Assembly: GCF_006345805.1 (NCBI RefSeq)
Contig: NC_043009.1
Span: 744,001-808,000, forward strand
Length of the DNA stretch: 64,000 nucleotides
Reading direction: 5' to 3'
Origin: Octopus sinensis
Taxonomy: Eukaryota
The translations under genes were made by a program, and so were the position numbers. Under the pieces are notes generated by a model, which had not been told where the DNA came from, did no database searches, and was given only the letters and a program-made list of their open reading frames with translations. Positions within the stretch are counted from its first letter, which is position 1. Each line of letters opens with the position of its first letter. Of the stretch, positions 1 through 11,378 are shown piece after piece.

Positions 1-89
1 ACTCCTGTGACCGCATCAGTGGACCTTTGTTTCTTCTTCTTATTTGTGTTCTCTCCTTACTAACCGTCAGCCATTTTGTGATATATATA

Positions 90-138
<49 letters not shown>

Positions 139-159
139 TATAATATATATGATATATAT

Positions 160-300
160 ACATGTGAATCGTTGGCGATTTTTTCCCTCCGTCTCTTCCT
201 TTTCTATTAGACTTTCCTCTGTTTCTGAACAAGAGCTTTGCTCGAATCGTTAAACCATCTTTCTTTCCCTCCCTAAGCGTCTGCTATTACTTTACATGTT
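160..300 (+). mobile_element. Short non-coding PLE-terminus-like element with a degenerate minimal hammerhead motif (222-255)
   Basis: Follows an (AT)n tract. TTT-CTGAACA-A-GAGC-TTT-GCTC-GAAT-CGT-T-AAA at 222-255; body resembles 44925-45095. Confidence 0.55.
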
Positions 301-615
301 TTTGTCAAGGTGACTGAAACTAACAGGCATGCACTCTGAATGCCCGAATGGCTGAATGCCACTAAAATTCCGGTTTGAACTGCAGCCTAACTTGAGATTT
401 TTGTGATTCCCTTTCTAAAGCGCCTAGAAGTGGCTTCCCTTTGAGCAGACGGTTTACTCGGCTTATAGAAATCTCGCTTGACACGATGTTCCAATAGCTG
501 GGGCATTCTAGAAACAGCTGTTAGAGACTATGTATCGCTTTTTTATTATTTAGCTAAATCAAATGTCGTTGTCAAATCTTGCCAAACCGTTTGCCTTTTC
601 ATTTCTGTCTTAATC

Positions 616-657
<42 letters not shown>

Positions 658-859
658 GAGAGTGAGTGAGTGAGTGAGTGAGTGAGTGAGTGAGTGAGTG
701 TACGACAAGATTCTTTCAGTTTCTGTCTACCATATCCATTCACAAGGCTTTCGTTGGCCAGACCCCTTCCCAAGGTGTCACGTAGTGGGACTGAACTCGG
801 AACCATCTTAAGGAATGGTCTCACAGGGGTCGGGAGGGCTTCACATATCTAACGGTCCA

Positions 860-1175
860 ATGTAAATGAACCCTTAGCTTGCAGTCAATAAATAAATAGT
901 ACAGACCCCAGTATACGCCATGGAAACCGGGTTAATCTCGGGCCTTATAAGGCCTAGGGCACATGACAGACCCTTGTAGACTCTAGTGCTGCGCTTTGTA
1001 CGGTCCGTAACAAGGTTGGCCTTCTGAAACACATTCGTTTCATATTTGCCAGCTAGGTGGACTGGAAAAACAGGGAATGAAATATCTTGCTCAACGACAC
1101 AACGCACCACCAGGAACTGAACTCACAACTTTACGATCGTGAGCTGAATATCCCAACCCCTGAGCCACGCGCCTT
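860..1175 (-). mobile_element. tRNA-derived SINE, family 3 (CORE-like)
   Basis: Minus strand reads GGCGCGTGGCTCAGGGGTTGGG...GAGTTCAGTTCCTGG...GTGTCGTTGAGCAAGATATTTCAT, i.e. A/B-box head followed by a CORE-like TTGAGCAAGA motif. Confidence 0.65.
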
Positions 1176-1180
1176 CATAT

Positions 1181-2050
1181 ATTCTTTTCTACACTAGGCA
1201 CAAGGCCCGGAATTTTGGGGGTGGGGGCCAGTCGATTAGATCGGCCCCAGTACGCAACTGGTACTTAATTTATCGACCCTGAAAGGATGAAAGGCACAGT
1301 CAACCTCGGCGGAATTTGAACTCAGAACGTAAAGACAGACGAAATACATATTTCTTTACTACCCACAAGGAGCTAAACACAGAGGGGACAAACAAGGACA
1401 GACAGATGGATTAAGTCGATTACATCGACCCCAGTGCGTAACTGGTACTTAATTTATCGACCCTGAAAGGATGAAAGGCACAGTCGACCTCGGCAGAATT
1501 TGAACTCAGAACGTAACGGCAGACGAAATACCTATTTCTTTATTACCCACAAGGGGCTAAACACAGAGGGGACAAACAAGGACAGACATAGGTATTAAGT
1601 CATTTACATCAACCCCAGTGCGTAACTGGTACTTAATTTATCGACTCGAAAGGATGAAAGGCAAAGTCGACCTCGGCGGAATTTGAACTCACAACGTAAC
1701 GCAGACGAAATACCGCTAAGCATTTCGCCCGTCGTGCTAACGCTTCTGCCAGCTCGCCGCCCATTATCGGCAGACGAAATACCGGTAAGCATTTCGCCCG
1801 GCATCCTAGCGTTTCTTATTTCTTTTACTGCCCACAAGGGGCTAAACATAGAGGGGACAAACAAGGACAGACAGAGAGATTAAGTCGATTACATTGACCC
1901 CAGTGCGTAACTGGTACTTAATTTATCGACCCCGGAAGGATGAAAGGCAAAGTCGACCTCGGCGGAATTTGAACTCAGAACGTAACGGCAGACGAACTAG
2001 CGCTAAGTATTTCGCCCGGCGTGCTAACGTTTCTGCCAGCTTGCCGCCTT
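1181..2050 (-). mobile_element. Tandem multimer of tRNA-derived SINE family 1 (five core units)
   Basis: Repeated core GTCGATTACATCGACCCCAGTGCGTAACTGGTACTTAATTTATCGACCC..GAAAGGATGAAAGGCAAAGTCGACCTCGGCGGAATTTGAACTCAGAACGT; tRNA-like heads near 1715-1760 and 1990-2050; two tail types. Confidence 0.85.
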
Positions 2051-2621
2051 ACGCGCCTTCATATAATACGATTAAGACGGCTCTGTGTATGTCACCATAC
2101 AAAACTGCAGCGTTCAAGAAATCCATTTGTTCAGTTATTTGCTGGTGAAACATTTGGGTTATGCAAATAATATTGAATTGTTTATTGAATTGTTTATCAG
2201 ACAACAGGGAGCGTTTGTATTTCTTCAGAACAAAGCTCTATTCTGTGGTCGTTCTCAGGATCACTTTCTTTCGTGATACAATACAAAACTTGATCCTCTC
2301 GGATGGCGTTACGTTTGAATTTCTGTGAGTCAGTCTTTACAGGAAGATTCTGAACAGGGAAGGGATTCCAAAAGAAACGTGTGTGTGAGAGAGAGAGAGG
2401 AGAGAGAAGAATGAAAGAAAGGAAGGAAGGAAAAACGAAAGAAAGAAAGAAAGAGGGAAAGAAAGAAAGAGCGGGAGAGAGGCGGAGAATAAGAGGGGGA
2501 GAGAGAGAGCCTATCTGCTTGTGTATGTATGTTCATATATATGTGTTTGTGCATGTATATATGTGTTGTAATATATATATATATATATAATATACATACA
2601 TACGTACATACATATTCATAG

Positions 2622-2665
<44 letters not shown>

Positions 2666-2763
2666 TAATATATATATATTATATATATATATGCCCATTA
2701 CATATGTATACATACATATATATATATATTATGTATGTATGTATATTTATATATACTTTGTGA

Positions 2764-2878
2764 AGGTGCGTGGCTTAGTGGACAGGGTATTTGCCTCACG
2801 ATCGTGAGTTCAATTCCAGGCGACGCGTTGCGTCCCTGAGCAAAAACTTTATTTCACGTTGCTCCAGTCCAAAACTGA
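2764..2878 (+). mobile_element. tRNA-derived SINE family 3, 5' part
   Basis: A box TGGCTTAGTGG, B box GAGTTCAATTC, then CCCTGAGCAAAAACTTTATTTCACGTTGCTCCAGTCC. Confidence 0.7.
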
Positions 2879-3131
2879 GTTGTGTGTGTGTGTATGTGAG
2901 CGTGTGTGTATGTGTGTGTGTGGTGTGTGTGTGTGTGTGTGCGTATAGACATAATTGTGTGTTTGTGCGTATTTATATATTGTGTATACGTCTGTGTTTG
3001 TGTGTACGTAAGTAAATATGTGTATGTATATATATGTGTGTGGGAGAGAGAGAAGGAGAGGAGAGATACACAGAGGGAGGGAGAGAGGAGAGAGAGGAAG
3101 AGAGAGGAAGAGGGAGAGGGAGAGGGGGGGG

Positions 3132-3380
3132 CATGACCTAGTAGTTAGGGTATTGCACTCACGATCGCGAGACCCTGGTTTCAAATACCGAACCAGGTGG
3201 CTCGTTGTGTTCTTGAGCAAAACACACCTGGTGTTGCTCTTTGCTCACTTCGACACCTGACGTACAGTACACCGTACACCTGTTCAGGTAACCTCGATTT
3301 CATTACTATAAGCAAATCATTCGTGTGAGCTGTCGCCTGTTCAGAACCTGCTTTCAATGACTAAGAAAGACAAGCATCAT
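3132..3380 (+). mobile_element. tRNA-derived SINE family 3, diverged copy
   Basis: TGACCTAGTAGTTAGG ... GGTTTCAAATACC ... TTCTTGAGCAAAACAC, same order of motifs as 2764-2878. Confidence 0.55.
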
Positions 3381-3394
3381 TTATAATTCTATTC

Positions 3395-3615
3395 TCCTTT
3401 TACTTGTTTCAAGAATTTGACTGCGGCCATGCTGGAGCGCCGCCATTAGTCGACAAAGTCGACCCCATGACTTATACTTTGTAAGCTTAGTTAGGGTTAC
3501 GGTTAGGGTTAGGGTTATAGTAGAAGACACTTGCGCAAGGTGCCACGCAGTGGGACTGGACCTGGAATCATGTGGTTGGGAAGCAAGCTTCGTACTACAC
3601 AACCATTCTTGCTCC
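3395..3615 (-). mobile_element. tRNA-derived SINE family 2, internally deleted copy
   Basis: Shares CTTTTACTTGTTTC..GACTGCGGCCATGCTGGAGC and AGAAGACACTTG..AAGGTGCCACGCAGTGGGACT with the full copy at 28952-29365. Confidence 0.7.
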
Positions 3616-3626
3616 TACATATATAT

Positions 3627-3678
<52 letters not shown>

Positions 3679-3828
3679 GCGAAATAGAAAGATGAATAAT
3701 CTTGTTGCAGATTAATCAAAAGTTTAACCGATACCTTGGTAGCAAAAATCACAGCAGAAGACAGCACGGTTGGAGGTACAACCATATGGTGTTGCAACCG
3801 TGCGTTGGTGCGGATAATTGAATTTTAA

Positions 3829-3988
3829 TATTATTAGTGAATTGAAGAAATGGAGTTGAACGAAGATTGAACAGAAATTGTTTTATTTCATTCTACAATT
3901 TGGTAAATTGTGCCTTTCGAAACACGTGTAGAATGAAATAAAACGATTTCTGTTCAATCTTCGTTCAACTCCATTTCTTCAATTCACT

Positions 3989-3995
<7 letters not shown>
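3829..3995. repeat. Fold-back inverted repeat, about 69-bp arms
   Basis: 3829-3897 is the near-perfect reverse complement of 3927-3995; 29-nt spacer containing TTCGAAACACG; (AT)n follows. Confidence 0.9.
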
Positions 3996-4023
<28 letters not shown>

Positions 4024-4030
4024 CACACAC

Positions 4031-4111
<81 letters not shown>

Positions 4112-4280
4112 TATATATATATATAAACTTACTAGGAGAAAAGAAAAGAAACGAAACGACGCGAGGGCGCTTAGTCATACAATAATTTAATAAATAAAAT
4201 ATATGCATACATGCATACATATATGTACGTAGCTACATTTACATGTATATATACATGCATATATATATATATATATATAT

Positions 4281-4524
4281 GAGTACAGGACACCACAAAT
4301 AGACGTAGAATCAACGAGAAACGAAAACATGAAAACATGGAAACGGACTTTTTTAACAACGAAAAAACAGAGCACAAGACGAACAACACAAGGAACATTC
4401 CCCTTCATCAGCTGTCCCCGGTTCGACTCCATGCGTGTTTCGAAGGTAAAAAAAAGTCCGTTTCCATGTTTTTATATTTTCGTTTCTCGTTGAGTTCTAC
4501 GTCTATTTGTGGTGTCCTGTACTC
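4281..4524. repeat. Fold-back inverted repeat, about 75-bp arms, flanked by (AT)n
   Basis: GAGTACAGGACACCACAAATAGACGTAGAA...GGAAACGGACTTTTTT (4281-4354) mirrored by 4450-4524. Confidence 0.9.
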
Positions 4525-4555
<31 letters not shown>

Positions 4556-4563
4556 ATATATAT

Positions 4564-4612
<49 letters not shown>

Positions 4613-4684
4613 ATGCATGTATATATACATGTAGATGTAGGTACGTACATATATGTATGTATGAATGCATATATTTTATTTATT

Positions 4685-4742
<58 letters not shown>

Positions 4743-5596
4743 GTATGGTGATGGAAACAGGAAAAATAGAACTCAAAACATGAGTATAAGTATATTTTTA
4801 TTAATATTAGCAGAAGCCGAGAGTCTCGTGTGTTGGCACTTACCAAACTTATCAAACTCTCAGTTATTCTGTTGCTTCGGTAAATATTACTAAAAAAATG
4901 TGTGAGTGTGAGTGTGAGAGAGAGAGAGAGAGATTGTGTGTGTGCATGCGTGTGTGTGTGTGTGTGTGCGTGTGTGTGCGTGTGTGTGTGTGTGTGTGGT
5001 GTGTGGTGTGTGTGTGTGCATGTATGTGTATGTGTGTGTGTGTGCCTGTGTTTTCTTCCCACACTATTATGAGAGGTTTATAGGTGTAGACTTCTCAAGC
5101 ACGACCGTCACTACATATTCCTGATCGATTGCCAAGCGTGGCCAACCTCAGAATTTCTTTTACTGAACGCACTTTGATAAATACCAAAATTAGAGTCAGT
5201 TTATTCTAACCACCAACTAGATGGTGCTGTGCACTGAAGTGATCTAGACCCTGAAAATGGAACCGAAATCAGCTGCTCAGAAGATAGTTAAAAGTTTTCG
5301 ATTGATTCAAATTGATCAGGATAGCACCGAAACTAAGCTTGTTACCCGTTCAGCATTCCTTGTATGGTGAGTGTATCGATTGAGCCGGAAGTTGTCTCAG
5401 ATAAAAAAAATCTGTCCGTGATCGCGCTGACTCTGCTTTCCCGCCACTCTCTCATGACAAACGCCAACATGTTTACGAATATTTTTACCACAATCTTACA
5501 CTGTAAATCAACAGTCCTCGTCCTCATCTCCATGACCACATGCAGTCCTCAAACATCCTTCCGGTGGCCCCCGGCGGGCTTACCTCTATAACTATA

Positions 5597-5712
5597 AAGT
5601 GTTCTTTAACTGATTTGTGTATTAGTTTTGTTGGGGGTAATTTTGGTGCGATCACCTAAATGATTCCTGATTTTTGATTTGGCTCAAATATTGAAAAGTT
5701 TGAGAATCCCTG
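5597..5712. mobile_element. Possible hAT-like MITE nested in the Tx1 relic
   Basis: Ends AGTGTTCTTTAAC and TTTGAGAATCCCTG resemble degenerate CAGNGNTTCTCAA-type termini; interrupts the Tx1 homology. Confidence 0.3.
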
Positions 5713-6659
5713 TTTTAGATTCAGCAGAGTTAAGGGCTAGAGATTGTCAATATTATAGCCCCTTATCCACGGCTTTTCTCAACAGAGTTATCACTCCTCA
5801 TCTCGCAGAACTGGAAATTATCCCCTTATACTACTAGTCATGGGTGACATCTGTCAAGAGGTCGGCGAACAAATCCGGTGTGCATGCGTAAAGCTCGTAG
5901 TGAAATATCCAAACTAGACGATTTGTTCTTCGTACAACCAATTACCGCTAACTTTGCCTCACCTGCTGCTCTCGGCTTTTCGCAACATTCTGTTTCCGCA
6001 GTAGGACAGTAGTCTCAGTAGGACTTCGAAGTAATCACTAAAGTCTATTTCCTTCTCCGGTTTACCATAGCATTATTGTCATATAGCACCGCTGTCACTC
6101 GGGCCCCTCCAAATACTTTCGAACTTTTGTGTTTTGGAACAAGCGCCTCAGGTTTGACAACGCAACTTTCGTGTCAACTGTGCAAAATATTGATTTGTGC
6201 CAACAGCGCAGAATATTGATCTGTGGTCTGTCACAACAACCACTTGAAACTGTGAACACCCAACACTATCCCTGCAAAATATCTTATATACGTTTGATCT
6301 GGTTGATTCCACACGGTTATTCCATATCTGCACTGATTTAATTGGTAAATCCGGTCAGTACCAATTAGATAGGCAGAATTGTCTTAACAAGAGTTCGGAA
6401 GTTTTCTTTCCCTTTTACAATCGGTTCTCTTTACACAATGCTAGCATGCTTCTAAAAGGCCGTTCCAATTTCCCACTAGTACTAAAGAGCAGAAACACTT
6501 CTAGACGCCTGAAGAAATCAAACAACCAGTCCCGATTGGAGCATATGAAGACACGTGTCTTAAAGTATCACTCCTACATTATTGACTTACTGCCCGGGTC
6601 TAGGAAAACACTGGACATGGCTGACTCATGATGTCGATTAGCCGTTTCCCATGGCATTT

Positions 6660-6857
6660 AAGTGACTGAAATCATAACATTCCCCAAATTCACTATAGGG
6701 TTACCTATTTACAGCTGAATGGATTGGAGCAACATGAAATGAAGTATTTGCTTTTTGCTTTCTTTTTCAAGAACACAGCGCCCCACCCGTTCCGGGAATT
6801 AAAACCACGATCTTGCGATTGAATGTGTAACACCCCTAACTACTAAGTCATAGACCT
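6660..6857 (-). mobile_element. tRNA-derived SINE family 3, diverged, nested in the Tx1 relic
   Basis: Minus strand GGTCTATGACTTAGTAGTTAGGGG...GTGGTTTTAATTCCCGGAAC...GTGTTCTTGA. Confidence 0.5.
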
Positions 6858-7214
6858 TAACAGAACCGGCCGTACCTCAAAATCTTAGTATTTCCAGAAA
6901 CTAAATGTATACCTTCTGCTCCACTCCATTGCAAAATGTATGCATTTTGTTGAAGATAGAAGCGACTGCGTTTCTGAAATCCTGGTCTCGATGATGACTG
7001 CGACTTTGTCAAATGACCTGAAGTCGTTGAGTAAGTAATTTGGCAGGTATCTTCACTATCAGTCACTTTTGGAGGGTATTTTATTGGAATAGAGAAACAG
7101 TTTCTCAAAGTCTTTCTTTTTTTATTTTATCTTTTTGTTTTAAGATATGTACTCCATCAACTTGCTTTTTTATTCACAAGCTGTGATACTGATAAGGAGT
7201 TTGAGTTTTGCACG

Positions 7215-7850
7215 TTGGGCTGTTGTTGTTGTTGTTGTTGTTGATAAGGATGATGACGATGTTGCCGTTGTTGTTGTTGTTGTTGTTGTTTCTTTTGGTA
7301 TATTCTTTATGTTTGTACGTTTTCTTTTGATTTCGTTGCTGATGTGCTCCCAGATTTAGTTGTTTCTATTGATGTTGTTATTGTTATTGTTGTTGCGGTG
7401 GTGATGGCAACAGAAGTGATTGTGTTGGGGAAGTGATGGGAGAAATGAGAGCAGGTTCTGGTGGTGCAGGAGCGAGTAGTGTTGGAGGCAGTGGTGTTGG
7501 TAGATCCAATGATGTTATTAGTGGCGGTGGTGGTGGCAGCGGCGATGGCGGCGGTGGCGGTGGCGGTGGCGGTGGCGGTGGCGGTGGCGGTGGCGGTGGC
7601 GGTGGCGGTGGTTTTGGTGGTGGTGGTCGTCGTGGAGGAGGGGGGAGGACGTGGTGATGGTGGTGGTGGAGGAAGGGGAGGAGGAGGAGGAAGAGAAGGA
7701 AGTGGTGATGGTGGTGGTAGTGGAGGAGGAAGAAGAAGAAGAAGAAGAAGAAGAAGAGGTGGTGGTGGTGGTGGTGGTGGTGGTGGTGGTGGGGTGGTGG
7801 TGGTGGTGGTGGTGGTGGTGGTTTTGGTGGTGGCGGCGGCGGCGGCGGCA
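7215..7850. repeat. Compound triplet/hexamer microsatellite (GTT, GGT, GGCGGT, GGA, GAA)
   Basis: Directly visible; explains the poly-amino-acid ORFs in all frames. Confidence 0.95.
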
Positions 7851-8334
7851 GGTGACGACATCGGCAAGCAGACCACCCGAAAAAAGGGCAATAGGAAACC
7901 ACCTTCGTATTCTCATGCAAGAAGTTCCTCGAAGGGGCATTGCTCTTGTAAAGGAAATCATCAGATGTTATTTGTTGATATAAAGGCGCAAGAAATGCAG
8001 ATAAAAATTCTTCGATTTGATAGAATGACTGTAGAAAAGTTAAGCGGTTATCTTGGATAAGCTGGACGCGAACTCTTAACCAAGTAAATGTAATCTTTCT
8101 CAGTAGGAGGTCTTTACAGCTGCACGTTTAGATAAACGTGAAATTCGATCCTTTTACTATTAACTGTGTTCCTTTTGACACTGATACAGCCCCTTATTCA
8201 TCTTGCATCCATACTCTTTCTCAAACGTGCGAGGTGGTACCAAAAGAATGAATGCACATATCGTATATATGTATATTCGTTATCTTTGTCCCCTCTCAAT
8301 CAACAATTTCTCTGTCACACACTCACACACTTCC

Positions 8335-8705
8335 CTCACCCTCCTTTTTCTTTCTATTTCTCTCTCCTTTCTCTCTCTCTCTCTGTTTCTCCCCTGTCTC
8401 TCCTTTTCTCCCAATGTCATTCTTTTTTTCTCAACCCTCTCTCACTCTTTCTCCCCATCTCTCTCTCTCTTCTCCCCTCCTTTCCTTTCTCTCTTTCTTT
8501 CTTTCTCCCCTCTCTCTACCCTCTCCCCTCTTTTCCTTTCTCCCCTCTCACTCCCCGTTCTCCCGTTTTCCTCTTCTCTCTCTCTTTCTTCCACTCACTC
8601 TCTATCTCTCTTTCTCCTCACTATTCCCCCTCCCTCTCCTCTTCGTCTGTCTCTCACTTCCCTCTCTCTCCCCTCTCCCCTCTCTCTCTCTCTCCCTCTC
8701 TCTTC
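8335..8705. repeat. CT-rich low-complexity polypyrimidine tract
   Basis: Almost pure C/T on the plus strand. Confidence 0.9.
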
Positions 8706-9684
8706 AAAATCATACATAGAAGACCCATTCAACAAACGGGGGCAATTTACAAATACGAGAGAAATACATGAAATTTTTGTTTTTCTTTTTCTTCTTTATC
8801 TTGTTTTTGTTTTTCCTCAAATTTTTATCTCTCGAACAAGACAAAGACACCTACTGAAACTCCAGAAAAAACAAGCGCTCATTAACAGAAAAAAATACCT
8901 TCCTTCCAACAATGAATGAAAGTATTTATGCTTCTACTAATGTTTCTATTAATACTTTATTTTAATACATTTACAGATGGTCGTTTCGTTAAAATGCTAA
9001 GCAACCAGCCAACCGAACGAAAGATCGCTGTTTTATACATCGAACACTGTTTTTCTTGTACGGCAATACCTCACTTAATAGTCACCTATTTTAATGATAT
9101 TTTTTTTATAAATATAAAAATTTAATTAATTGCCGGAAATAAATGCTAGACATTTATGATTGCTTTAGCAGTCACATAGCTCGGTCAAATGTAATGGTAA
9201 TATAATCTTTTACTTGTTTCAGTCATTTGACTGCGGCCAATGAGAAACAATAAATTTGGAGAGAAAACGTGGTGAGATCGTAAATGAACAAAAAGGAGAC
9301 AACAGGAAGTCCCTCGGAGATTTAGTATCTTTAAAACTTTCGAAGGTCAGTGAAGTGTTTCTTTTATCTTTTACTTGTTTCAGTCATTAGACTGCGGTCA
9401 TGCTGGAGCACTGCCTTGAAGGATATACTGGAACATATCGACCCTTGTACGTATTTTTTAAAGTCTGGTACTTAACCTATCGGTCTCTTTTGCCGATCCG
9501 CTAATTTACGTGGGGGGGGGACATAAATAAATCAACGTCGGTTGTTAAGCGGTGGGGAAAAATGCAAACACAAAAGACACATACTTATATACATACATAC
9601 ATACACATATATAAAAATACATATATATACACATACATACATATACATGCATATATATGTAAATACACACACACATACATATAT

Positions 9685-9850
9685 ATACGTAGTTGAAATT
9701 TACAGAAAAACAAAAGATGAAGACAGGTATATAAACAACAAACAGGTGTATTAGTTTAAAGCTCGGGAAGGTGAGAAAGTCTTTTACGTTTCGAGCCGAC
9801 GCTCTTCAGCAGAAAGGAACACGTGGAAATAAACAGAGAGAGAATAAAAC
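9685..9850 (-). mobile_element. Short non-coding PLE-terminus-like element carrying a hammerhead motif
   Basis: Same family as 18235-18405 and 44765-44915; next to TA/CA repeats. Confidence 0.65.
9781..9816 (-). ncRNA. Minimal type I hammerhead ribozyme-like motif, variant core CUGCUGA+A
   Basis: Minus strand CTTT-CTGCTGA-A-GAGC-GTCG-GCTC-GAAA-CG-T-A-AAAG: helix I CTTT/AAAG, helix II GAGC/GCTC, palindromic ACGT helix III, GUA site. Confidence 0.6.
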
Positions 9851-9984
9851 TTTTTATAATGAGAAACAGAAAATTTGGAAAGAAAATGTGAGATCGTAAA
9901 TGAACAAAGAGGAAACAACAGGAATCTCCATAGAGATTTAGTATCTTTAAAACTTTCGGGGATCAGTGAAGTGCTTCTTTTATC

Positions 9985-10325
9985 TTTTACTTGTTTCAGT
10001 CGTTAGACTGCGACCATGCTGGGGCACCGGCTTGAGGACTTTTAATCGAACGAATCGATCCTAGTACTTTTTTTTCTCTTTCCTTTTAGAGGATATATAT
10101 TTTTTTGCCGAACCGCTGGGTCATGGGGACGTAAATACGCCAACACCGGTTGTCAAGCAGCGGAGAGGGACAAACACAGATATAACACACACACGCACAC
10201 ACACACATAGATGCATACATACATACATACATACATACATACATACATACATACATACATACATACATACATACATACATGCATACATACATACATACAT
10301 ACATATACATACATACATACATACA

Positions 10326-10359
<34 letters not shown>

Positions 10360-10520
10360 CGAATGCTTCTTTCAGTTTCCATCTAACAAATCCACTCACA
10401 AAGATTTGATCGGCCCGAGGTTGTAGGAGAAGACACTTTCCCAAGGTGTCACGCAGTGGTGACTGAACCCGGAACCATGTGGTTGGGAAGCAAGCTTCTT
10501 ACCATTCAGCCACGCTTGTA
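9985..10520 (-). mobile_element. tRNA-derived SINE family 2 with an expanded internal (CATA)n tract
   Basis: Full head-to-tail motif set as in 28952-29365; (CATA)n at about 10210-10360 occupies the internal CA/TA segment. Confidence 0.8.
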
Positions 10521-10647
10521 TCTAAAATGTTTATGAGTAAAGAAAATTAAATTAAAAGTGTAAATTCGTTACAATCAACGAAGAAGAGAGAAGCAACGAT
10601 TTTAAATTTCCGGGGCAAAACACTTTTGGCGTCCCCACCTTAATTGA

Positions 10648-10788
10648 ATGAGGGGGTATTGAAAAGTTCCTGAATTTGGGTACAAGAAAATGCTTTCTAA
10701 GCCCTGTAAAAGAACTCAGAAGGTTGGGCCTCCAACCAGGCCTTTCGCGAAACACTTAAAACCATGAGCTTTTCAGCACCCTTCCCAT
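10648..10788. mobile_element. Mariner-like MITE
   Basis: Imperfect TIRs ATGAGGGGGTATTGAAAAGTTCCTG and CATGAGCTTTTCAGCACCCTTCCCAT. Confidence 0.5.
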
Positions 10789-11084
10789 ATATCAGACCAG
10801 AGAAAACTTTGAAACCCTACAACTATGCTCAGAGTGACTGACCCTCTCACACTCGTTCTTTTTCTTTTTTTTTTTTTTTTGTAACTCCTCTAGCTATAAG
10901 GTACATACGAAAGAATAATGAGGTCACCCTTATTATGTGCATTAATTTATATAAATAACTGACTAAAAACTGCGATTAACCATGCTTATTATGCCTGCTA
11001 TTATTTATGCTAATCCCTATTTTATTTTTAAGATGTTTAAAGAAGGAAAGAAAGCAACCGTGAGAAAATATTTGCTGCAAGCAA

Positions 11085-11378
11085 AATCTGGGTTTTGTAG
11101 GTAAGAAGGAGAGAAATATCGAAGTGAATCTGGGTTTTGTAGGTAAGAAGGAGAGAAATATCGAAGTGAATCTGGGTTTTGTAGGTAAGAAGGAGAGAAA
11201 TATCGAAGTGAATCTGGGTTTTTTAGGTAAGAAGGAGAGAAATATCGAAGTGAATCTGGGTTTTGTAGGTAAGAAGGAGAGAAATATCGAAGTGAATCTG
11301 GGTTTTGTAGGTAAGAAGGAGAGAAATATCGAAGTGAATCTGGGTTTTGTAGGTAAGAAGGAGAGAAATATCGAAGTG
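11085..11378 (+). repeat. 42-bp minisatellite, 7 copies
   Basis: Unit AATCTGGGTTTTGTAGGTAAGAAGGAGAGAAATATCGAAGTG; copy 4 has one G>T change. Confidence 0.97.

Larger units (their letters stand above)
5095..7070 (-). pseudogene. Old decayed L1/Tx1 ORF2 relic (APE to RT) with internal deletions and nested insertions
   Basis: Manual translation gives AETECCEKPRAAGEAKLAVIGCTKNKS and HYELYACTPDLFADLLTDV, matching AREAECCESPITAADVWDAMAGCARDKS and YELYCRMPDLFGDLLASV in ORF 52173-53468; DNA similarity of 6505-6520 to 53370-53390 and of 5240-5320 to 51925-52010. Confidence 0.8.

Noticed and set aside
7307-8060. Long poly-Pro/Gly/His/Val ORFs
   Set aside because: Open in nearly all frames because the DNA is a triplet microsatellite; no splice or domain support.
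8977-9110. Possible exon after TTTACAG (DGRFVKMLSNQP...)
   Set aside because: Acceptor present but no convincing donor and no recognisable protein similarity.
11085-11378. CRISPR-like array
   Set aside because: Units are contiguous with no unique spacers, and the context is eukaryotic.
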